16,307 nt of DNA, taken from positions 1-16,307 of the forward strand of contig JAZDHK010000038.1 of NCBI GenBank assembly GCA_043806035.1, given 5' to 3'. A program made the translations under genes and the position numbers. Position 1 is the first letter of the stretch. Each line of letters opens with the position of its first letter. Positions 8,170 to 15,997 of the stretch are shown here, in pieces. The notes beneath the pieces were generated by a model. It saw only the letters and a list, made by a program, of their open reading frames with translations. It was not told the DNA's origin and did not search any database. Source of the DNA: an archaeon (GTDB taxonomy: Archaea > Nanobdellota > Nanobdellia > Woesearchaeales > UBA9642).

Positions 8170-8715
8170 CTCAAGCAATTTCTCCAGCAGCGGAAACTCC
8201 GGATACGGTTGCTTGAACTGGTCAGAACCCATGTGCCCCTCACCGTGCAGGACGATAAATTTTCCTCCGCAATGCCTGAACATGAACCTGCCTTCCTTGT
8301 CATCGCAGCCCCAAGGATCGTTGTCCGAATGCACGAAAATAATATCCACACAGTGCTTTTTTATTTTCCGCCAGTTGAATTTTGCAGGCAATATCTTTTC
8401 CGGCTTTGGCTTCTTCTTATCGATTCTTGCATAGCCCGCGACGAGGATCGCCCGTTTTATCCGTACAGAGATATGTTCGAGAACGCTCAGGGCAAGCGGA
8501 ACGCCAGCAGAATGACCTATGATAATTGTTTCTTCGGTGAACGTTCCATTCTCTAGGATGAACGGCAACTGTATCGTGACATCAGGATCGTCCTTCTGAG
8601 GAAGTTCAGGAATCCACACCGTGTAGCCTTTGCTTTCCAAGAATGTTTTGATGCTCGGCTGCCAGAACGATTCAGGAGTTGAACCCGTGCCGTGCAGGAT
8701 GATTGCGTTTTTCAC
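8161..8715 (-). CDS. Alpha/beta serine hydrolase, RBBP9/YdeN family
   Basis: IILHG, W..., nucleophile elbow GHSAG, HSDNDPW, GEGH. Probable GTG start at 8715 after AGAGGT; the track starts at 8754. Confidence 0.9.
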   Translation of the reverse strand: MKNAIILHGTGSTPESFWQPSIKTFLESKGYTVWIPELPQKDDPDVTIQLPFILENGTFTEETIIIGHSAGVPLALSVLEHISVRIKRAILVAGYARIDKKKPKPEKILPAKFNWRKIKKHCVDIIFVHSDNDPWGCDDKEGRFMFRHCGGKFIVLHGEGHMGSDQFKQPYPEFPLLEKLLELP

Positions 8716-8790
8716 ATACCTCTCTGTGCAGGCGTATTTTATATGTTTTTGCATAAACTTCTTAAACGTTCGTCAGATTCTGCACAGCCT

Positions 8791-8864
8791 GCCCCTTTGG
8801 TGTAGCCTGGATAGCATAAGGGCTTCCGGAGCCTTTGACCTGGGTTCGAATCCCAGAAGGGGCG
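8791..8864 (+). tRNA. tRNA-Arg (anticodon CCG)
   Basis: Acceptor stem GCCCCTT/AAGGGGC; same D-arm as the first tRNA; anticodon arm AGGGC-TTCCGGA-GCCTT; T-arm CTGGG-TTCGAAT-CCCAG. No intron and no CCA. Confidence 0.96.
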
Positions 8865-8881
8865 TTGGTAGTGGTGGGCGT

Positions 8882-9241
8882 GTGAAAGAACATCGAAAAC
8901 ATTTCATCAAGAAAGCCGTCATCGGTTTTGGTCTCCTGTCAGGGTTGTGGATAAATATAGGCTTTGACGTAGGAGAATACATTCTGGAAACAATAAAGAA
9001 GGGATTATCTACACTACACCCTTCCCCTGCAGTGTGGGCCTTAGCGCTGTTTCTCTTCTGGCTCGTGCCTTTTCTCACGACAGGATACTCTCTACTGCGT
9101 GCATACCAGTGGGGAAGAGTTCGCGGACTTGTCGCCGTAGGGTTTGCATTCCTCGGCGGGCTGTTCATGCCAGGCCCTGCAGGCATCATCTTCACGCTGT
9201 GCGCGCTCGTGCTTGCATTGATCATCCCTGTGCGAGCATGA
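8882..9241 (+). CDS. Small integral membrane protein (3-4 TM helices)
   Basis: GTG 8882 after GGTGG. The upstream part of the track ORF overlaps the tRNA and is discounted. Hydrophobic, Gly-rich helices. Confidence 0.75.
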   Translation: MKEHRKHFIKKAVIGFGLLSGLWINIGFDVGEYILETIKKGLSTLHPSPAVWALALFLFWLVPFLTTGYSLLRAYQWGRVRGLVAVGFAFLGGLFMPGPAGIIFTLCALVLALIIPVRA

Positions 9242-9569
9242 TGCATGCGTGGTGCGTACAGGAGATGCCGTGTTGTTTGCAGAATGCTATTGCTTTTTCG
9301 GATTCCGAGCCGGGCTGCATCCACGCGTTCTTGATGCCGAGCTGCTGCACTTCTTCCAAGACCTGCTCAGTTACAGACGGCAGGACGACAAAGACAACCA
9401 GTTCAGGCAGAGGAGCCTGGCTCAAACAAGGGTAAGCCTGCAGCCCATCTATCATCTTCTCGTGGGGGTTGATAGGAATGACGTGTTCCCCTCTGCCGTG
9501 CAAGTAGCGCAATACTTTGCTACCGTACTTTTCCTGGTTGTTGCTCGCTCCGACGACTGCAATGATCAC
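9222..9569 (-). CDS. CoA-binding protein (CoA_binding_2 / YccU-like)
   Basis: IAVVGAS....KYG, IPINP, G...YP.L, AWMQPGSES and ACIM motifs. Confidence 0.92.
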   Translation of the reverse strand: MIIAVVGASNNQEKYGSKVLRYLHGRGEHVIPINPHEKMIDGLQAYPCLSQAPLPELVVFVVLPSVTEQVLEEVQQLGIKNAWMQPGSESEKAIAFCKQHGISCTHHACIMLAQG

Positions 9570-9602
9570 GTGTACATACCTAAAAAAGGATATTAAAAAA
9601 AC

Positions 9603-9686
9603 TTACGATACCAGTTCATTGCTGAACTCCAAATAGTAGATGTCGCGGACCAACAGGCGATTGTATCCTTTCTCCTTGTATTTCAT
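9603..9686 (-). CDS. Micro-ORF, 27 aa (MKYKEKGYNRLLVRDIYYLEFSNELVS)
   Basis: GAGGTGA ribosome-binding site (9691-9697) 4 nt before ATG 9686. The ATG overlaps the upstream ORF's TGA (ATGA). Confidence 0.55.
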   Translation of the reverse strand: MKYKEKGYNRLLVRDIYYLEFSNELVS

Positions 9687-9781
9687 GCGGTCACCTCTTC
9701 GGGGAGTCGATGATGTCGCTCCCAGAAACGAACGCGTTGTTCTTTCCTCAACAATTCCTCGTATACTTGTTCTCGTGTCAT
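9683..9781 (-). CDS. Micro-ORF, 32 aa (MTREQVYEELLRKEQRVRFWERHHRLPEEVTA)
   Basis: GGTGAGGTGA (9787-9796) upstream of ATG 9781; alternative ATG 9787. TATA-like TATATTAA at 9814-9821. Confidence 0.6.
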   Translation of the reverse strand: MTREQVYEELLRKEQRVRFWERHHRLPEEVTA

Positions 9782-9795
9782 GCACATCACCTCAC

Positions 9796-9888
9796 CAAGA
9801 ACAAATATCCTGATTAATATATGGGTTCGGAAGCCGTGCTCAATAGATGTTCTTGCTAGTCTCGCTCCACAAAGTTTAAAAAAGAACG
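9796..9888. promoter_or_regulatory. Divergent promoter region with an inverted repeat
   Basis: TATA-like elements at 9814-9821 (minus) and 9875-9882 (plus). CAAGAACA 9796-9803 / TGTTCTTG 9848-9855, plus a further AAGAAC at 9882-9887. Confidence 0.5.
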
Positions 9889-9905
9889 TCGCCACACACG
9901 ACCTG

Positions 9906-10568
9906 ATGGTGTATGCCCCTGTTTATCTCATTCCTTCCTGGTTCTCCGGGTTTGACATTCTCTTCCAGATAGCTTTTGCCATCGTTGCGTTATTGGTGAG
10001 TATCTACGCGTTCAAGGTGTACAAGCTGTCCGGGCAGCAGGCGAGCAAGATCTTCGGCATAGGATTCCTGCTCATCTTCATTAGCTACTTCCTGCAGCTG
10101 CTGCTCAACATCATCGTCCTTGTGCAGCTCAATGATGAGATCTGCAACATGATCCAGCTCAAGGACGTTGCGCTGCTCTACAACATCGGTGTGTACACGC
10201 ACCTGTTCTTCTTCATCCTCGGGCTCGGCGTGTTGAGCTTCATCTCTGTCCACCTTGAAGGATGGAAGGCACGAACGCTACTGCTCATCATCATCTTCAC
10301 CGCGCTGCTCTTGAGCATCAACGGCTTCCTGATGTACTATCTGCTGTCCAGCATCCTGCTCGCGTTCCTCGTCATCCATTACGGGCAAAATTATGCAAGG
10401 CATAGGCGGAAGCACACCTTGCTCGTGCTGATAGGGTTCGTATTCCTGCTGCTTGGCAGCATCTACTTCATGTTCAGCAGCGAACGCGGACTGTTCTACG
10501 TCCTCGGCAATGCCCTGGCGTTGGTCGCGTTCATCCTCATCCTCACCAATTTGCTCCTGCTACGATGA
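9906..10568 (+). CDS. Multi-pass (~7 TM) membrane protein, possibly a sensor
   Basis: ATG 9906 lies about 30 nt after TTTAAAAA (9875-9882). About seven hydrophobic segments. Stop overlaps the next ATG (ATGA). Confidence 0.85.
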   Translation: MVYAPVYLIPSWFSGFDILFQIAFAIVALLVSIYAFKVYKLSGQQASKIFGIGFLLIFISYFLQLLLNIIVLVQLNDEICNMIQLKDVALLYNIGVYTHLFFFILGLGVLSFISVHLEGWKARTLLLIIIFTALLLSINGFLMYYLLSSILLAFLVIHYGQNYARHRRKHTLLVLIGFVFLLLGSIYFMFSSERGLFYVLGNALALVAFILILTNLLLLR

Positions 10569-10837
10569 AAAAAAGAGACAGACTGCAGATCATCCACGAC
10601 ATCCTGAGCACGATACGGGATAAGGATGGCAAGATTAGGAAGACCCATATTCTCTACAAGTCGAACTTAAGCCCGCAGATGCTCGACGACTATCTGGGAG
10701 AGTTGCTCGGCAAGCAATTGGTCGAGGAAGTGAACAGCAAAGGGCTCAAGACATACAAGCTTACGGACAAAGGCTTCGAGTTCGTCGCTAAGTACAAGAT
10801 GATTGCGGAATTCATCGAAAGTTTTGGACTGTCATGA
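10565..10837 (+). CDS. Archaeal winged helix-turn-helix transcriptional regulator (HTH_45/ArnR1-like)
   Basis: KRDRLQIIHDIL...KTHILYKSNLS...YLGEL...LV...YKLTDKG pattern, 90 aa. Confidence 0.9.
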   Translation: MKKRDRLQIIHDILSTIRDKDGKIRKTHILYKSNLSPQMLDDYLGELLGKQLVEEVNSKGLKTYKLTDKGFEFVAKYKMIAEFIESFGLS

Positions 10838-12034
10838 ATATGCCTGCAAGGTCTTTTGCATGCTCATGAACTGCAACAGTTTGCTCTTCTTGAAAATGTG
10901 TTCGACAGAAAGATCGAATTTTCGCTTGATGTACGTCTTGACGTAGTTTAGCGCAAGCCCCTGGTCTGAGAAGGTCATCGGCTGCGCTTCCATCGCTTTC
11001 TTCACGGCCTCTCTGACGACCCACACACCTAAGGGGATGTAGTAGTCTGATGTGACGAATCGCAGGACAAGAACTGCCGCCTGCCGTTTCTTTTCTCGGA
11101 GATAGTTCAGGATCGAGATGCGGCAGGCATAATAGCCGCCTGCCGTCTGCTCCACATACTGCTTCCTTCCCTCGAAAAATTCGTGGTCCGTCGTGTACTG
11201 CTGCGTGCCTGCAGGCGCATAAAACTCAAACAACTCATAGCTCCACACGCGAGGGAAGAGGATGACGATGAAATAATTGCCCAGATAATTGCCGATGAGC
11301 ACCGTGTCTTGATCGACAACAGGAAACTGTCGGATCTTGTTCAGGTCATCCTTGCCAAGCGTATCATCGACTGCGGTGATGCTCCATCTCGTCGGAACAA
11401 GTTTTCTCTGTAAGGGCATGCCTAAGTTGCCGACGCTGAACACCTTCGTCAAGTAATGCTGGTCGAAACCTTTTTTCGAAAGCGAGGTGAGTGCCTCTGC
11501 TGCTTTGACGTCCGTGTCATCGACGAGTCTCTGCACTTTTTCAGGAATCTTCGGGTTTTCGGTGATGCGCGCATGCACTAACTGCACGCTCGGCCCGTAA
11601 GGAATGATGTCCTTGCCGAACGTCATCGTGAAGTCGGGCTTCTTGGCGAGATGCACCTCAACATCGACAGGCTTCGCTGCCAAGGAAAGCTCTGCACTCA
11701 TGTCCTTGAGCTTCTCGTCGAACTTCTTGATGTTCGCTTTGAAGTTGCTGTTCACGAGCTGGCTGCGTACATCGACGATGTCTGGGATCTGAAATTGCTT
11801 TTTGATCCAGAGCTGCGGACTGTCATACTTTTCTTCATTGTCATGTGCGGTGAGGAATCCCACGTTGACATCCGGGTATCCATGGTGGCCGACGAACACA
11901 TTGGGAACTGCTCCTGAGAAGTCTTGCTTTGCCTGCTCGTTCAGATCTCTACGCACATGCATGTTTCTGAGGAAGGGACAGCCTGACGCGTGATGAATCC
12001 TGTCCTTCCCGCACAGCGGACAGCGGAAATCCAT
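10832..12034 (-). CDS. nreA: Nre-family archaeal DNA repair protein (PCNA-interacting)
   Basis: VFVG..GYP.V..G, RKLVPTRWSITAVDD, GGYYA.R and PLGVWVVRE signatures. N-terminal CxxC. C-terminal PIP-box-like QKTLQAY. Confidence 0.92.
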   Translation of the reverse strand: MDFRCPLCGKDRIHHASGCPFLRNMHVRRDLNEQAKQDFSGAVPNVFVGHHGYPDVNVGFLTAHDNEEKYDSPQLWIKKQFQIPDIVDVRSQLVNSNFKANIKKFDEKLKDMSAELSLAAKPVDVEVHLAKKPDFTMTFGKDIIPYGPSVQLVHARITENPKIPEKVQRLVDDTDVKAAEALTSLSKKGFDQHYLTKVFSVGNLGMPLQRKLVPTRWSITAVDDTLGKDDLNKIRQFPVVDQDTVLIGNYLGNYFIVILFPRVWSYELFEFYAPAGTQQYTTDHEFFEGRKQYVEQTAGGYYACRISILNYLREKKRQAAVLVLRFVTSDYYIPLGVWVVREAVKKAMEAQPMTFSDQGLALNYVKTYIKRKFDLSVEHIFKKSKLLQFMSMQKTLQAYS

Positions 12035-12053
12035 GATGCGATGAAATCATCAG

Positions 12054-12095
12054 TATTTATATGGATTGCTTGCACGTGTCCAATGATTTTATAAA
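12054..12095. promoter_or_regulatory. Divergent TATA boxes for nreA and the DHH nuclease
   Basis: TATTTATAT 12054-12062 (minus, ~28 nt from ATG 12034) and TTTTATAAA 12087-12095 (plus, 30 nt from ATG 12117). Confidence 0.65.
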
Positions 12096-12116
12096 TGAGT
12101 TCAGTTGCCTAAAATC

Positions 12117-13172
12117 ATGCCACTCACCGAGCAAGAAATCAAGGAATTCAGGAAAGCGCTGGACGAATCCGCCAGGCCATTGTTCTTTTTCGACGACGAT
12201 CCTGACGGCGCGTGCTCGTTCATGCTGCTCTACAAGTACAAGGGTGATGGCAAGGGGGTCATGATAAAAGCAAGGCCTGAACTTCAGGAAGTGTACTATC
12301 GCAAAGTGGAGGAATACCAACCTGACCTCATCATTATCCTCGACAAGCCATTGGTGCAGCAGGAATTCCTCGACAAGTGTACCTGCAAGGTGCTCTGGCT
12401 GGACCATCACGAGCCGCAACAGAGAAGAAAAGTGCAGTACTTCAATCCGCGCGTGCATGACAACAGTGACAACAGGCCGACGACGTATTGGGCGTACAAG
12501 ATTGCAGACAAAAAAGAGGATCTCTGGCTGGCCGTGCTCGGCTGTATCGGTGATTGGCACTTGCCTGACTTCATCGACGAATTCCGGACAATGTATCCTG
12601 GGCTCATTCCCGACACCATCACGACTGCGGATGATGCGACGTACGAAAGCGAGTTTGGCAAACTCGTCAGAATACTCTCTCTGAATCTCAAATTAAGCAT
12701 CAGCGACGCCATGAAGGCAGTGCGCATCATGATGAAAATAGTCAACCCACAAGAATTGATCACTCAGGAAACTGCTCAGGCCAGATATCTCGTGCGCATG
12801 CAGCAGAAAGTCTCTTCATGCTACGACGCCATTCGTGCACACATCACCGTCAACGAACACAATCCCATCCTGTTCTACACGTACACGAACGAGAAATTTG
12901 CTCTTACCAAGGACTTGAGCAATGAGCTCATCCACACTTATCCAAAAAAGATCATCATCGTCGGGAGGGAGAAGGACGGCATCCTGAAACTGAGCCTGCG
13001 CAGCACAACCGTGCACTTGCCTGACTTGCTCAAAGAGGCATTATCGGTTACACGGGATGGCTATGGTGGCGGGCACACGTTTGCGTGCGGCGCGCAGTTC
13101 TCAGCAGAGGACAAGGAAGCATTCCTGCTGAAAATCAAAGAGTATCTGAAACAGCACAAACACAACCACTGA
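12117..13172 (+). CDS. DHH/DHHA1 family phosphoesterase (RecJ/NrnA-like nuclease)
   Basis: DDDPDG, ILD, LDHH, IGD, SLRS and GGGHTFACG motifs. ATG 12117 lies 30 nt after TTTTATAAA (12087-12095). Confidence 0.92.
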   Translation: MPLTEQEIKEFRKALDESARPLFFFDDDPDGACSFMLLYKYKGDGKGVMIKARPELQEVYYRKVEEYQPDLIIILDKPLVQQEFLDKCTCKVLWLDHHEPQQRRKVQYFNPRVHDNSDNRPTTYWAYKIADKKEDLWLAVLGCIGDWHLPDFIDEFRTMYPGLIPDTITTADDATYESEFGKLVRILSLNLKLSISDAMKAVRIMMKIVNPQELITQETAQARYLVRMQQKVSSCYDAIRAHITVNEHNPILFYTYTNEKFALTKDLSNELIHTYPKKIIIVGREKDGILKLSLRSTTVHLPDLLKEALSVTRDGYGGGHTFACGAQFSAEDKEAFLLKIKEYLKQHKHNH

Positions 13173-13231
13173 TTTTGTTAGTACTGAAAAGTGGCGAAAT
13201 ATTTAAATACTGTTCTATATTCTCTTGCCTC

Positions 13232-13654
13232 ATGAGTCAGCAAACCATTGAGGATATCCTTCCGCACGCAGACCTCATCCGTACCTGGTCCAAACACCAG
13301 TATGAACGAGGAGAAGGAAGCAACAGAAAAAAATACCTTGACATCACCCTCATCATCTCCCTTAACGGAGAAAAACGCGATGAGGAGACGCTCAAACAAC
13401 TGCTCCTCGATACGGAATGGAGCATCGATAGCATAAAAAATGGCACGTTCTCCAACAAGACCACCTACCGCGGAACGCTTGCTAACGACCGTGGAGAAAC
13501 AAACACGTACTCGCTCAGCATCAAAGTCAAAGGCATCGATAACATGCGCACACGACTTGCACTGCACGTCAATTGCACTGCAACACAGCAGACCGCAGCA
13601 GACAATCTCGTCAGCGTCATGAAAGCATACGTCGCCAAAGTGAATAGCAACTGA
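13232..13654 (+). CDS. Hypothetical protein (~140 aa)
   Basis: ATG 13232 lies 30 nt after TTTAAATA (13202-13209). Plausible alpha/beta composition; no motif recognised. Confidence 0.7.
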   Translation: MSQQTIEDILPHADLIRTWSKHQYERGEGSNRKKYLDITLIISLNGEKRDEETLKQLLLDTEWSIDSIKNGTFSNKTTYRGTLANDRGETNTYSLSIKVKGIDNMRTRLALHVNCTATQQTAADNLVSVMKAYVAKVNSN

Positions 13655-13813
13655 ACTAACACACAGTCCCATTTCTCAAAGTTCAAATCTCGGCAGACTC
13701 GTCACACATAACGTTTACCAAACCTGTTAATGAAATCGTCAGAAATTTTTTTAAGAATGTGCATCACTCCGAGTTTTTTGAAATCATCTAATGTACGCAC
13801 ACCCACTCACGAC

Positions 13814-15031
13814 CTATCCTGTCTTTGCCAGTTCATACTCTTCCAGCATGAGCACGTCAATCCCTTCAATATTCTTGACGGAATACAGCCTGCCCCTGCC
13901 CAGCTCCGTAATCTTTCTCCCCAATGATTCCCCTTGCTCATCAAGATTGATGCCGATAAGCGAAATCGTGATATGTTGGCCTGCAGCGGCAGAGACGGCA
14001 TCGAGCGTCTCCCGCTCCGGCTGCTCGCCTTTCGTGGGAAGCGCATCCGTCAAAAGGATGAGGTGTTTTGTCGCATGTCTCGGGAAGAGCTCTGTCGCCT
14101 TCTGTATGGTCGCTGCAATGTTCGTCTCCATGCCTGCCGTCGTGCTTGCCAGGCTCTTGAGCAGCAGGAGAAAATCCTGCGTGGGAGCAATAGCATCCTT
14201 TATGTCGGAACCGAAGACAATCAAACCCACTTTATTGCGTTCGTGAATTGCTTTGAACGCCAATGCTATACCTGCCTTCTTCGCAATCTTGATCTTCTCG
14301 CCTTTCATGCTGCCGCTGGCATCGATGCCGTAGATGATGTTGAGCTTGCCCTTGCTTTCCCGACGATACACCTGCAAGTCCTGCGGCAGGATGGTCTTGT
14401 GCATGCGCCGGATTGCACGCCGTACGCTCTCACGCACGGCAAGATCCCTATACCGTGCCTTCTGGTAGGGACGAACGTCCTGCTTGTCTCCGTACGGGCT
14501 AGACCGTTTGTAGTTCTTTTCCCCGAACCCTTTCGGCATCAGATGCGCAATCTCCTCTATGTATAAGACGAGGCTCGAGACGTACAGCCCTTGCTCGGAG
14601 ACGCTGCCATCACTGCTTAATGCCCCTCGCTCTTTCAGGGCATCAATTTCATCACTGATGTTCTCTTTCAGCTGCCGCTGGAATTCAGGAATGTGCAAGT
14701 TCTTCTCGACATAATTAGGACTGTAGTGGGTGAGCTGCCGAATGATGGTCTCTCCGTAGAGTTTTTTCGCAACGCGAAAATCCCTAACGAGATTCTCGAA
14801 CATGATATCCGGAGTGAATGCACCAATACCTTGAGAAATGGATTCTGCGATGAGCTTCCCGTCCTGGATGGCATCCTTGTCCCCTTCGAGGACGGAATGC
14901 ATGAGCTTGTCTTCCTTGTTCTGCGAGCCGAGCTTGCCGGACATCTCCTCTATGGGCGTGTGCCGCTCAACGGATTTCTGGACGTCCGTGCGTTCCTGCG
15001 TGTATTCTCGCACGTCGCTAAAGATAACCAC
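13814..15031 (-). CDS. von Willebrand factor A domain protein (ChlD-like C-terminus)
   Basis: MIDAS motif DASGSM, ETNIA, ILLTD and ISLIGI. Overlaps the ATPase stop by 14 nt. Confidence 0.92.
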   Translation of the reverse strand: MVIFSDVREYTQERTDVQKSVERHTPIEEMSGKLGSQNKEDKLMHSVLEGDKDAIQDGKLIAESISQGIGAFTPDIMFENLVRDFRVAKKLYGETIIRQLTHYSPNYVEKNLHIPEFQRQLKENISDEIDALKERGALSSDGSVSEQGLYVSSLVLYIEEIAHLMPKGFGEKNYKRSSPYGDKQDVRPYQKARYRDLAVRESVRRAIRRMHKTILPQDLQVYRRESKGKLNIIYGIDASGSMKGEKIKIAKKAGIALAFKAIHERNKVGLIVFGSDIKDAIAPTQDFLLLLKSLASTTAGMETNIAATIQKATELFPRHATKHLILLTDALPTKGEQPERETLDAVSAAAGQHITISLIGINLDEQGESLGRKITELGRGRLYSVKNIEGIDVLMLEEYELAKTG

Positions 15032-15923
15032 TCCTTTTCTTGAACTCCTCGAACTTGTTGGAGAGGTATTTCTCCGGAGTTTCTAGATACTTCACAGAAG
15101 GCTTCAGATGGATTCTATGAGCGAGAACAGAGATAAGGACTTCCTTGACATCCTCTTCCGTGACACTTGTGCGCTTGTGCAGATGGGCAAGGGCCTGCGC
15201 CCGCTCATATACGCCAATGCTTGCCCTGACGCTGGGCTTGCGTTCTACGTTCTTGTCATTGCGCACATCCCTGATGAACTGCACGAACGACGTAAGGAGC
15301 CGTTCGGGAAATTCCAATATTTTTTTCCCTTTCAGCACCACGATCTTTTCCTCGAGGTCCTGCGTCTCCGGATAGCTGAAGTAAATGAAGTCGAACCTGT
15401 CCAGGAAGACATCGCTCAACGGCTCCGTGGACGTGTCCTCAGGATTCATCGTTCCTATAAAGATGAAATCCGTCGTGAAGTCGACGTTGTAGCTGCCGAT
15501 GGTCACTTTCCTCTCCTCGAGTACCTGCAAGAGTGCATTCTGCAATTTCTCGCTGCACCTGTTCACTTCGTCAAAGAAAAGAACGCCTCCATCCGCACGG
15601 AATATCTTTCCTGGCGTGAACGCTTCCTTGCTCAACGGACCATACTCGAGCGCTTTGATGGGATCGATATCTCCCAAGAGATCTTCTGCAGTGAGATCCG
15701 GGCTGCCCTGCACTCTGACGAACTTTTCCTGCTTCTTCTTGTCCTTCGGCAGCAGCTCAGCAACACTCTTGGCGAGCGTCGTCTTGCCCACGCCCGGTGG
15801 CCCGACGAGAATGACATGCCTGTCCATGAACAGTGCTGACTTAAGCTCGAGCTTCGCCCTCTCCTGGCCAAGAATGTCCGGAAAGGTCGCCGCCACGAGC
15901 TGCTTCTTGAATGCGTCATCCAT
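15018..15923 (-). CDS. MoxR / Mg-chelatase-I-like AAA+ ATPase
   Basis: Walker A GPPGVGKT, Walker B FFDE, QNALLQVLEE, sensor I GTMNP, Arg finger FLDRF, sensor II SVRA. Confidence 0.93.
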   Translation of the reverse strand: MDDAFKKQLVAATFPDILGQERAKLELKSALFMDRHVILVGPPGVGKTTLAKSVAELLPKDKKKQEKFVRVQGSPDLTAEDLLGDIDPIKALEYGPLSKEAFTPGKIFRADGGVLFFDEVNRCSEKLQNALLQVLEERKVTIGSYNVDFTTDFIFIGTMNPEDTSTEPLSDVFLDRFDFIYFSYPETQDLEEKIVVLKGKKILEFPERLLTSFVQFIRDVRNDKNVERKPSVRASIGVYERAQALAHLHKRTSVTEEDVKEVLISVLAHRIHLKPSVKYLETPEKYLSNKFEEFKKRSGYL

Positions 15924-15946
15924 CTTCGTTTGGCATGAACATGCAC

Positions 15947-15974
15947 TATTTAAAGTTTACCCAAAAGGTTTAAG
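15947..15974. promoter_or_regulatory. Divergent TATA boxes for the AAA+ ATPase and the truncated ORF
   Basis: TATTTAAA 15947-15954 and AAAAGGTTTAAG 15963-15974, each about 30 nt from its ATG. Confidence 0.6.
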
Positions 15975-15997
15975 AGCGGCAGCGTATTTCCCAACGC

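Noticed and set aside
7509-8864. Integrative element bounded by att sites
   Set aside because: Both repeats are complete tRNAs with different anticodons, and there is no integrase or transposase.
8630-8881. N-terminal extension of the 203-aa plus-strand ORF
   Set aside because: It overlaps tRNA-Arg(CCG) and the start of the hydrolase gene.
9906-10568. Microbial rhodopsin
   Set aside because: There is no retinal-binding DxxxK motif in the last helix and no RYxDW-like motif.
13735-13792. Possible C/D-box sRNA (ATGATT...GTGATG...CTGA on the minus strand)
   Set aside because: The C box is degenerate, there is no clear D' box, and the putative guides are A-runs.
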